From: Geosiphon pyriformis uo1
Lineage: Eukaryota > Fungi > Glomeromycota
Length of the DNA: 64,000 bases
NCBI GenBank assembly: GCA_016748015.1
Contig: JAAOMT010000761.1
Span: 173,331-237,330, forward strand
Direction: 5' to 3'
The position numbers were made by a program, and so were the translations under genes. Below, in pieces: positions 52,365 through 64,000 of this stretch; positions within the stretch are counted from its first letter, which is position 1; every line of letters starts with the position of its first letter. The notes beneath the pieces are model-generated. The model was not told where the DNA came from. It did not search any database and was given only the letters and a program-made list of their open reading frames with translations.

Positions 52365-55300
52365 CTATACACTTATAATAACACTAATAACACCACCTAA
52401 ACCAGAAAAAAAACAGCACGGCAAATGATGACCAAAGCTAATAGCAAATAAATTAACCACACCAAACATTCTAACCATTCCACCTAACAATATAGAAGAA
52501 ACATTATGAGACAAACCAAAAACAACTCCACCATCAGCAACCAAACCAGCCTTCTCTGTGCTCAGATTTCACCAATCATGCCCTCACATAATATAAATTA
52601 GCTACAAACCTAACAAAATTGACAACCTCACCAATGGCCTGTTTCTTATTATCAAATACACCCTGAGCCTCTTCGCACCATTCATTCAGCACAAAACCTT
52701 TGCACACAATAGAATACAAACCAACATCCAAAGAACAGGCAGACAATGTCTGTAAAACAGCTGAAGACAACAAATCACAAAAACTTGCCACTAAAACCCA
52801 ATAAGCAGAAGCCTTAACCAGAATCTTATCATGAATAACAACATCCCGAGAGCATGTGAAAGCATGGTCAGAAAATTTCACTTCATCACACAGCAGGCAC
52901 AATATGCCAGGATAACCCTTATTATACAGTTTTTTTCAAACAGCTACCGGAAGACGCCTGTATACAGCCTTTATCAAATATGAGCACAAGTTCAAAGTTT
53001 TCTGACCAGTGAATCCAGCAAGTATATGAAAGTCCGGATGCCAAACCTTCGCAGTAGAAATCCAATTTACACACCCAATTAAGTTAACAGGTACCATACC
53101 CACACCAGGTCCAGCCTCCCAGTAAGCACAATTAATAGATCGAAAAATGTTTCTTACAAAGAGGTGGGCATTGCCAGAGATCGCCGTGTTATCAGCCACC
53201 AAATAATGTTCATGAACTCCTGCCAACAAAAAAAAGGGAGATTGAGCAGCTTCCCCAGCCACCAAATCAGTCTTGACATTATCTGAAATGCCAGAATGAC
53301 TCTTAACCTTAACCCAAACCACCTCGAGATCTTTTTTTCTAACCAAATTGAAAATATAGTGTTTCTCCAACCAGTACCAATTACGAAAATCAGGCATGGC
53401 ACAAGACAACTCCAACAAGCAGGCATCAATAGCAGCTTGGCTATTAGTATGCAAAATCACCTGACAAAAGGAAGGTACACACTCAAGAACCAATGCAACA
53501 GCTTGCAACTCAGCCAGAGTAGAGGATAATAGACCACTAACCACAACACCAACACTCTTATCCAAAACCAGAAAATATGCAGTAGCACCACAAGCAGCAT
53601 CAACCGAGCCAGCATTTCTCAAAGATTCATCAGTATACACCTCAAAGCAACTAGACTAGATATCATGCAACCCATCTTTCACCAGAGAAAACACATCAGA
53701 ATCTAAAATGTTCATATCAACAGACTGAGCAAAACCAGTAAAACTGAAAGCAGAAAAGCCATGAATTAACATAAATTTGGACGCGACCAAGAACCAGCAT
53801 GGCACAGGACCCTATAGGTCCAACCTCTTCCAACAATGAAAAGTCTTCCAATCTAGCACATGGCTCCTTTTATCCAAAAGCCGATCACCAAAAGCAACCC
53901 CAAAACACTTCAGAAAGCAAACAAAATTAAAATACCCAGAACTACCAAGAATTGATGAAAGTGGAAAACGAACTGGACTGTAAAAGACATTGGGAAGATT
54001 GTTAGCCAAAGAAAGCTCATTACTCAAAAAAATTTTTGCAATCCCAGCCAAAAAGTTGTTGACCAGACTAACACGCAGCTTGACAAGAAACTGCAAAGGA
54101 TTCAGAGAAGCCCAACCAAGAATTTGCAAGTCTAAAAACCTATAATCGAACAAATGCCCAAGAACCCCAGAGGCATTAGAAAAGAACACCGAAGCAGCAA
54201 TCTTCCCTTTAGATTACACCTGTTCAAAAGTTTTCAAGCCATACAAAGAAGGGTGATGTAAAGCAGCATCTGAAAAATCATGAGACAAACCAGCTTTGGA
54301 CTTAAGACCCTTCCTAACTATAACATCCCATTTGCAACAAACACTAGACAAAACAAAACTAAATTGAGTCCGATAACTAACAATAGACTGCAAGACAGCC
54401 AAAACCAAATACAAGAACTGTTTATCCATGATAGTCTTCCTAAGCATGACGTTAACAAAAAAATGAACATCAGAATAAGCTTTGAACACACTAAGTTTAG
54501 ACAAACCCTCCATAGACAAGAAGATACCCAGATAACAATGAGTTTTGCCCTTTTTAGCAATCAAAATTGGCTAATCACAAATACTCAAAAAGGCAACCCT
54601 AACACCCTGGTTAATAGGAATAGCCACTGTCTTATCATTATTAATAGAAATATCATTGATTTCGAAGAACTCACTGACAATGTTCAGAGCATACTGAGTG
54701 GAGACTTGACAATTTTCAATCCAAATTTTATTATTGACAAACACACCAGCAGTCAAGTAAGATGTCATTCCACCCACACCCTCAACTCTGCCCGTCTTCG
54801 CAACAAACTTAGAATCAACATGGTATCCACACAAATGCTTGTGTCTTTTCACTTCACATAAGAGTGGATCATAAAAAATCCTTCATAAGAGAGATAAAAA
54901 AACTTCACCTTGGTCCAATCCATCACGTACACTATAGCCATCTGACAAACCAAAATCAGTCATCACTTGGTTAATCCTATTTTCATGAATGTTTCCAAAA
55001 AATCCAATAAACCTCTTACACATTTTGATGCGCTGCAAACTAGCTTTCAAGTAAGGACAACCAACAAAATCATATGTCTTTTGCATATCTTGCAAAACCA
55101 ACCAAATTTCCCTATTTTTTTTAAGAGCATTCTCCACAACTGAACCAACTGCAAACACTGGAGATTGCATAGAAGTACCTTGGAGCACCAAAAAATTATC
55201 ATTCCAGAGAACACCAAACTTACTACAAGCCAAAAAGATGTGATCAGACAAAATTTTAGACAAAATCTTTCTGGCAGTCTCAATCAAAGCAATAGGTCGA

Positions 55301-57033
55301 GTGTTTGTAAGAACTCCATTCCAATCATAAGGCTTTGGGATCATTGAGACCCACACCTTTTTCCAAAAAGCAGGCACCATGCCAACAGATAAGCACACAT
55401 TTAGCAACACCAAAAGACATTCCAACATTTCACCACAACCATGTTTCCAAAGTTCATTGGAAATGCCAGACAAGCCAGCAGCTTTGCCCTCAGAAAAACT
55501 ATTAGTAACTAAAAGTAATTCACTTATGCTAATTATACTTATTACACTAAAAAAGGCATCATCCCTAACATAGTTCAAAAGTGCATACTAACGAGCCCAA
55601 AAATCATGCAGCACCATAGGCATCATGTGCTTCCATGTCCAACCCTTTATAATCTTGTTAACACTTGACCTGACTTCCTCTGGCTCCAATATCAACTTAT
55701 CATCAACCACCAAGTGATCCAACACCATCTTTCGAAATGGCTGATCCAGAACACTTTTAATCATACTTTTCTTGTCTAAGCAAAATTGTTCTATACACTT
55801 CTCAATAGCTTTTCTGATAGTAGCCTCTTGCAACAACTTTGACTCAAACATCTTGGATTTTCTGTACCTCTTTCTGACAAGTGACAAATAACTAAGAAGG
55901 TTCTCTACTTTTTGGTCACCACGAACCATGTTCTCCAAAACAAAAGCTTTACTGGCATCCAGAGCCGACCATTTCTTCACAAATTGATTGAAACCAGAAG
56001 TATTAGCAGAGGTCAGGCATTTGACTATCTTGGCAACTAGCAACTCCAAACTCAGGAACTTAGAAGAATGTTTATTTTTCGAGCACTGAAAATCACAGAA
56101 CCAATGTCTGGAAAATATTTTATCCACAGAATCCACCACCACTTTTTTCAGCAAAAACCACATAGCATCCAAATCAAGACCAGCAGCAGCACCAAGAAAT
56201 CTCCTCTTTACCTTCAACATCTTAGCAGAGGAATATTTCTTAAAACAGGACAACCCAGTACCATCAATATCCTTGATCCTAAACTTCCAACAATCCCTGT
56301 TGGCCTGCTTATGCAAACCATTCAGCCGAACATCTAAGAGCCTACCCAGACCAACTGAAACCATGACAGATTTGTGATCCATATTGAAGAAATCAAAAAC
56401 AGAATTAACACAATGCTTCGCAATAGCAGAAGATAGAGTCCCACTAACAAGAATAAAATCAATTGTCTTTTCCACTCCCCTAGAATTGCTCCATATAGCT
56501 GTTTTAACCAAAGAGTGTCCAGCAAAAGAATTGACTAAACCCAAACAGAACTTAAAACTTGCACTTCTTCCAGAGTCATTCTCGTTGAAATCACCACCCA
56601 GAACAACAAAAGTACTGAAGTTAACAGCCTTAGCAATAAGAGAATTCACTGCAGAAGCCTAAGCAAACCTAGTCCCAAGAGAAGCACCAGCATATAAACC
56701 CAGAATTGTAACTGAAAGCTTGCTTTTAAACAAAAGCCAAATCGAAATCAAATGACCAGGAATCTCTTCAATCCTAGAAACATGGTGAGCCAAAGAGTTG
56801 TCCATAATCACAGCAATGCCAGCACCAAGATAACCAATATCAGAAGTAAAAATCCGAACTCTATCAAATTTGTCCTTAATCTATGATCCAAAAGAAGACC
56901 TCAATTTTGTCTTAGCAACAAAAAAAACCATATTCCCAGAACTCACATGCCAACGGACAATGTTTGCTTGTTTTGTAGGGACATTGATACCCTAAACGTT
57001 GCATGTAGCAAATTTCCAAATCAGACCACTCAT
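52365..57033 (-). pseudogene. LINE D ORF2 (APE-RT-RNase H-CCHC)
   Basis: ORF fragments 55588-56649, 54883-55578, 54571-54852, 54214-54564, 52936-53640 and 52576-52902. Confidence 0.92.
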
Positions 57034-58897
57034 TGGGATAACAGAGGTAGGGATGAACCTGAACCAGAATACAAGAAATCCAATTTCACTATGATTGAAC
57101 TGAATGAAGCCTCCAAAGCAGACATTTTAGACTCCAAACTGCCTAACTTAGAAGTGAGAACCTTTGAACCACTCGAACTAAGACCATCTGCAGATCCACC
57201 ACCACTTGAAAAAAAGGGAGTAAGTGAAGCCAACATATCATCCAAAGCCATATCTGAATCCACAACCAGAGCTGAAGGCACAGAAACAGCCAAAGGAGAA
57301 GCACAAAATGGAGACACTAATGGCACTAGTTCAACGAAACCCAATTTTTTAAGAATGACAGAAACTTGATCTGCTAGAATTTCCAAAAAGCACTTCAAAA
57401 CTGCCAAACGCTCACCCAATCTATCAACTTAAGGACTGGAAGAACCCAAAGAGAGAAGTGGACCACTAAAGAGCAAACCAGAACCAAAAAAAGAGCCACC
57501 AGAAGAGAAGTCAAGAAACACTACCTGAGTTTGTGATTTGCCACCAAAGACAGCAGGGCGAGAGATTGGAATTTTTTTTTTCTCATACAACTTGGCCAAC
57601 TGAAAACAATCAAAACCAGAAACAAGCTTTTTGAATGAACTTGAGAGTTCAGAAGATGATGCAACCAATACATTACACTCCAGAGTCAAATGGTCAAAAT
57701 GCTCACACTTCCCACATTTAACCAAATCTAATCTGGCCCATGAGAGTTGCACACTACCAAAAATAGGCTCAGTATGAAAGGCAGTATCTAAATCCTCCTC
57801 AAATTCAAAGCCAACCACATCACAACAAACCCTATTGTCAGTGTCTAAAAATTGATTAATAATGCAGGTTTTTCCACTAGTCCTATCCAAAAGAGTACCA
57901 AGATCATGTGCAGTTGTTTCCATTGGCAAGGTAAACAGAAGCACCCTGAATTGGTCTCTAGAAGCCCAAGTTTCATGATCCCTCATAGCCATAGTCACAC
58001 AAACTGAGTCTTTCCCAATCAAAAATGACCATCTTAAAGTCAACTGCACAGCTTGATCAGAATTGGCAAATTCTACCACAGCCTTTTGCCATAAACCAAT
58101 TAGTTGAATTTTAATTGATTTAATTTCGTCAAATTTGGCTACTGCAGTGATGATCATATCCTTAGGCGTGTTCATGAGAATTTTCTTAATCACTATGGCC
58201 CAATCTGAACGAATTCCTTGTTTCTTAAGATCACTGTTTACATTGATTCCATTTTCACCAGCCAATAAAACAGTTTTCTTTATGCTTTCCTCTAATGTAA
58301 ACATTGATCTGATAATCCCCTCAAATTTTGAGAGGGTAGTGGCCCTCCCAAAACCATTGATTTTTGAAAAATTTTTCTGATGAATTGAGTTTTTTGCATA
58401 GCTGATTTCCTTTCCACAACCAAAAGATTAATGTCTAAAGCAAATAATTTCTTAACTGACACCTCTGCAGGAGTTTTGATGATCTTGGAATCAATCCAAA
58501 TCTTATCCAAAAGAATCTTTTTCTTAAGAGGGAGCAGAAGGGGCTTCACTTTTTCATCCATTTCAAAATCAGAAGAACTAATAGGAGAACTGAAATTCAT
58601 ACCAGTATTCACTTATTTAGCTTTGGAAGTATTAACAGCTGAGTCCAAGAGAGAACCATCAAAACCACCAAACATACTAACATCTTCATCATTACCAGAT
58701 AGGCTCTCTATATTAGAATATACACAAGCATCAGAACCAGACTTCAAAGAAATATTCTTTTCATCACTAGAGTGTTTAACATTCCCAAGAGAAGCCTTCT
58801 TTCTTTGTGAAAAGAAACCACCAGCAAGACCATGAAACACACTCTTAGGAGTTTTCTTACTAGACATGCTGCCACTAGAGACAGCCTTTAAATCCAT
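57030..58897 (-). pseudogene. LINE D ORF1
   Basis: Fragments 58613-58897, 58292-58612, 57429-58304 (CGKCEHFDHLTLEC) and 57030-57419. Confidence 0.9.
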
Positions 58898-61800
58898 GAT
58901 GAAAGGGTTGTCAGTTAAAGAAATATTGATATATTATTAACAAGAAAAAACAAAAGACTTCTTTTCTCAGAAAAGTGCTCATTGGGGTTTTTTGGAGATA
59001 GGAGAGAAAAAAAAATTAATTAATTAAAATATAAAAATACAATCTAATTTATATATTAAACTATAATTTTTTTTTTGTTTTCTTAATATTATTAAATATT
59101 TTCATAATTTTTAATGCAAAAATTACAACAATATACTAAAAAAATTACTATTAAAATCATGTAAAAAAAATTTATATTATCAAATTTAATTAAAAAATTA
59201 ACCAACAAATAAAAAATAAAAAATTAATAATCAACTTAATAATAATAAAAAGATATATTACAATCCATTATTTAATTAAATTGAATACAAAAAAATCTTG
59301 ACAAACTAAAAACACCAATAAAAATTAAAAATTGTTATATGTAATCTAATAACAACAAACTTATATATGCTTTAAAATTTTTATATATTACTATTTATAC
59401 AGTATAATATTTTAGATCTGTAATTACCATTTAAAAAAATTACCAAAAAATATAATTAATTAATTTATGTTTGATTATATTGATTCTAATTTTAAATTTA
59501 GTTATTTAAATTTAATTATTTAAATTATTTACTTCTGAAAAAATAATATATTAAATAAGTTTATAATTGAATTAAGTAATTTAATATATATAAATAATTA
59601 ATATATTTTAAGTGGTTTTAATATAATATGTAAATTTTATGTAATTTAACTATATATATAATTTTCTGTAAATTAAAAAAAGTATTAATTTTATATTAAG
59701 TCAATTTTTTCTTATAACTTTATAATAAGTAGTCAGTTATTTTTTATATATTTTTTTTTTTTTTTTTCTCAAGCTTTAAATAATTTTTATTAATATTTGA
59801 AGTATATATATATTCTTTATTATCTTTTTAAATTTTTTATTACTTTTTAGTCTTTTAATATATATTATTAATATTTTATGTTATGTTTTATTTTACTAAA
59901 TAAATTATTAATTTTGTTATTTGTTTTTGTTTTTTTTATAGTGTTAATTAAGTAATAAAAAGTATTATATTGTTAGAATTGGTCTTAATAATAATATTTT
60001 AATTAATTAAATATTTTAGTTATGTTTTTTTTATTTTCACTTTTAAAACAAATTTTTAAATATCACACTTTTTTAATAATTTTTTGAAAAAATTCTGGTT
60101 ATGCTTTTGTTAAATAGTTTGTTTTCTGATTTTATTTGCTTTTTATATTCTAAATATAAATTTAATTGTTTTTTTTTATAAAACTTATATTAAGACTAAT
60201 TCTTTTACAAAAATAAATAGTAATAATAAAACTTTTTTTTATTTTAACAATTTGTTTAATATTTTTTCATTTTTTTAAATATTAAAACAATCTATATAAT
60301 TATATATATACTATAGTTAATAGTAATATACATGATTATATATATTGCTGGAAAAAAGTATTGTTATTGTTAAAAAAATTTTTAAAACCATGTTTTTTTT
60401 CTAGTAATATCAAAAATAAAATCTTGTTTTTAAAAAATATATAAAGTTTTTTATTATAAATTCTAAATCAATTATTTGGCTTTGAAAATTAAGATCAAAA
60501 TCATGTTTATTAATTAATAATATTATTTTAGCAAGTTTTTAAGAAAATATTGTTATACTATACTTAATTAAATTATATACTAATTGATTAAAAACATGTA
60601 TTTTAACTAAAAAATAATCAAAATCAAATACATAAAACATTTTATAATATTTAAAAATGTTTTTTATATGGCAGAAATTTTTATTTAAAATTTTATAATA
60701 TAAATAAATAAAAATTAATAATTGATTATTGCAAAAAATATTATTTGTATTCTTTAGATTTATTAGTAAATAGACTAATAGAATCAACTTTTGTTATATA
60801 ATAACTAAAAAATTATAATCTGGTAGTATAATTAGTTTTTAAAAACTTTGCATAATTTGAAAAATATTTTTAACTGTAAAAATACCAAAAAAAATTTGGC
60901 TTTGTTGTTTTGTAAAATAATTACAAATTAAATAAGAAATAAAACTACAAATTATTTAACTCTTTTATTAAAACAAAATAATAATATTTATTAGAGAGTT
61001 TTTTTATTATTTTATAAAACAAAAGCAATTATAATATTGATTAAATAATAGTTAGCTTTTACTATATTGTAGTTAATTAATATAACAATAAATAATTATT
61101 CAAAATAATATGAAAAAAAAATTTATTTTAAAGCTTTATAAAAATATTTAATAATTTTAATTTTTATAACTTCTTTTTTTTTGTTTATTGCTTTAAATTT
61201 AATACATTTATAAATATGTTATGTAATTTTAAAAATTAGATTAAAAGAGATAAATAATTAAATAAGTCATATTTTATAACTTTTTAATATTTTTTCAAGA
61301 TTTTTGCTTTTTTTGTCTGATTTTTATTTTGGTATCTTGGATAACACTTTAATTTTTTAATTTTTTTATTATGTAAAATCTTTTTAAAATTTGTAATATA
61401 GATTAGAAAATTATGTTAAATTTTCAAGTTAATATTAGAATTATAGATTTGTTAAAGTTTAATAAACTTTTTATTACTTGTATTAATATTTTTTATAGCT
61501 TTTTTTTATGCAAAAGCATTAGAAAAAGTTATATTATTTACAATAATTTCTTCAATTGTTTTTAAAATAATTGAAATTAGATTAATTTAAATAGTTTTAA
61601 AGTTTTAAAATAGTATTATTAGTTATAAAAATACAGAAAATCTTAAATTAAAATTAGAATTGCCAGATATTTTTCAATTTTTCTTTTAATTTTTTGCAAA
61701 ATTTATGCCAATTTTTTTTTCATGTATTAATATATTCAATACATAAATTAAACTTTTAATATGCTAGATTTTTTGTATTTATTATATAATTATATTCAAA

Positions 61801-61939
61801 TATATTGCAAAATTTCTGGTTTTAATTTGTAAAAGTTTTATAAATATAAAACTTATTATATTGTAATACAGTTAAAAAAACTTACATATTAAAAAAGTTT
61901 AACAATAAATAAAATTAAAAATATAATATTAAAAATATA

Positions 61940-62048
61940 ATAGATTAAAAATAAAAAATGTGAATAAAAAACACATTAAATCAAAAAATAAAAAATACAT
62001 TAGATTAAAAAATAAAAAACACATTAAATTAAAAAATAAAAAACACAA
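61940..62048. repeat. AT-rich minisatellite, about 22-23 bp x 4-5
   Basis: TTAGATTAAAAATAAAAAACACA variants. Confidence 0.6.
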
Positions 62049-64000
62049 ATTTTGTGATTATTTTTATATAAATAAAACAATATAATAAGTTAAAATATTT
62101 AAGTTAATATATTTTTATAATAATTTTATTTATAAATTTAATTATATTTATTATATAAGTTTGATTATATTATGCTATAATTGTGTATTATAAATAATAT
62201 ATTATTATAATATAAAATAATAATATTATAGAATATTTAATTATAAATTTTATCAAGAAAAAAAATGGTTTTATAGTAATTAATAATAATTTAATATATA
62301 TTTGTTCCCTAATTATATAATAGTTTTATTTATATTTAACTTTAAAATATTATTATTTTATTTTATTTTAATTAATAAAACCAATTTAATTAATTTAATT
62401 TCAAAAAAGTTAACTTAAATCTAATTATAAAATTTATAATAATAATAATAAAAAAACCAAAATATTATATTAGCAAAATAAATTATAAAAAAATTAAGAT
62501 TAATTACAGATATTAATAAAGCTTAAAAAAATAAATTATTTTATAATTTATAAATAAATAATTTATATTTAATACTTAATAATTAAAAATTATTTTAGAT
62601 ACATTTTTTTTTAAATATTAGTTTTAATAATAATATTATTAAATTTAATTTAAAAGCCAAAAATAACAATAACATATTTTAATTATTAAATAAAAAAATT
62701 ATAAATATATATTTAAAAAACCAAAAAAAAAAATTTTTTTTTTATATACTTAAAAATTTTTCAAAGATCATATTTTAATAAAAAGAAATTTTTCTGTTTT
62801 TTTTTAATTTAATAATTTATTTTTTTTAATAGTTTAAAATATAAAATATTTTTTTATAGATTCTTCTATTATAACAAAAGTATAAAATTTGTAACAGAAT
62901 TTTTATCTTATATTCTGTTATTTTTATTTTTTTATAAGTATTTTTGTTAATATTATCTTTTTGTTGTTATAAAACTAATTTAATATATTATTTTAAATAG
63001 TTTTTAAGTTTTATTTATAAAACACAATAAAACCAAATTATTAATTTTAAAAATAATATAATTAAATAAATAATTTATTAAAATAGTTTTAAACATGGTT
63101 TTAAAAATAATCATTTTTTTAATCAAAATAAAAAAAAATTTAATACTGTTTTTTTAATAATAATAACTTTTTTATAATATTTAACAAAATAAAGTCTAAT
63201 TATTACTTAATATAATATAATTAATTAAATATAATTAGCTATTTAAGCCAATTAAACTATATTTTAATTATAATTTTATTACTAAAACTTAAAAAAATTA
63301 GTTATATAAATATAAACTATTATAATATTAAGTTTAAAACAATTTTAAGTCTTATATATTATATGATTTTAGTTTTTAGTAATAAAAATTTATTATAAAT
63401 CAGATTAAACTTAATTTAATATAATAAATACAGATGTTTTAGACATTTTGCTTTAGAAAACAATTTTTTATAAATGTTGTATTTTTTAATATAAGAAGTT
63501 TAGAAAATTATTTTTTTAAAATAATTATTTATAATTAATCTGCTTATATACTAAAAAAAAGTTTATATTTTGTGACTGGTTTTTTTAATAATAAGTTTTA
63601 AATTCAAAAAATATTAACAGTTTTTTTTATATTAATTAAATTTTATAAAAAATAGTTTTTAGTTAATTTAAATATTTTTGGCTTAAAAATATTTTTATTT
63701 TAATTTATTTTGTTTATAAATTCTTATTTTTTTTGAAATTTTTTATATCTTTTTTTTAATTAACTTTTGAATATTTTTTGTTAATTAAAACTTTTTTCTT
63801 ATAATATTTTTAAATTTGTTTGTTTTTTTGATAATTTTAATTGCTTTAAAATCTAATATAGATTTAAATATAATTTTAAAAATTTTAGATATATTATTTA
63901 AGTCTTATACTAATAATTTTAATAGCTTTTTATTATTATAGTTAAATAAATAAACTAATAAATAGCAAGAAAAAACTGTATTATATGATGATAAAATAAT

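Larger units (their letters stand above)
52229..59014 (-). mobile_element. LINE copy D, full length, tail-to-tail with copy C
   Basis: Poly(T) at about 52227-52237, probable 11-bp TSD ATTAATYAATT (52218-52228 and 59015-59025), all domains present. Confidence 0.94.

Noticed and set aside
45242-58835. Many antisense and alternate-frame ORFs (e.g. 45536-46039, 49876-50301, 54280-54861, 56947-57369)
   Set aside because: They are shadows of LINE coding frames, with no motifs and inconsistent extent among copies.
1-64000. Alternative genetic code or readthrough explaining frequent in-frame stops
   Set aside because: Stops fall at different positions in each copy, involve all three stop codons and accompany frameshifts, which indicates mutational decay.

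Overview
Eukaryotic, AT-rich window with no intact host gene: a nested transposon graveyard. It looks like a Glomeromycotina (arbuscular-mycorrhizal-type) fungus; the LINE and lipase families recall Geosiphon-like genomes, but that is from memory, not a search. Contents: (1) the 5' two-thirds of a minus-strand Ty3/Gypsy element (LTR 5703-6533, PBS, long Gag, protease, Cys-rich domain, dUTPase, RT); (2) four copies of an ORF1(RRM-CCHC)/ORF2(APE-RT-RNase H-CCHC) LINE family, three full length with target-site duplications, plus older relics; (3) a non-coding LTR element nested in one LINE, with two 1419-bp LTRs around only 141 bp; (4) two Tc1 (DD34E) elements; (5) a 1410-bp solo LTR; (6) three kinase pseudogenes, two with Crinkler-like REase+kinase layout, and a class-3 lipase pseudogene. 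All repeats are eroded by C>T/G>A transitions in CpG and non-CpG contexts. Most unusual: a Gag reading frame that appears to start inside the LTR, contain an intron and read through the PBS; the giant-LTR miniature element; a conserved branched RNA fold in the LINE 3' UTRs; and the RIP-like mutation spectrum. All alignments, counts and off-track translations were done by eye.
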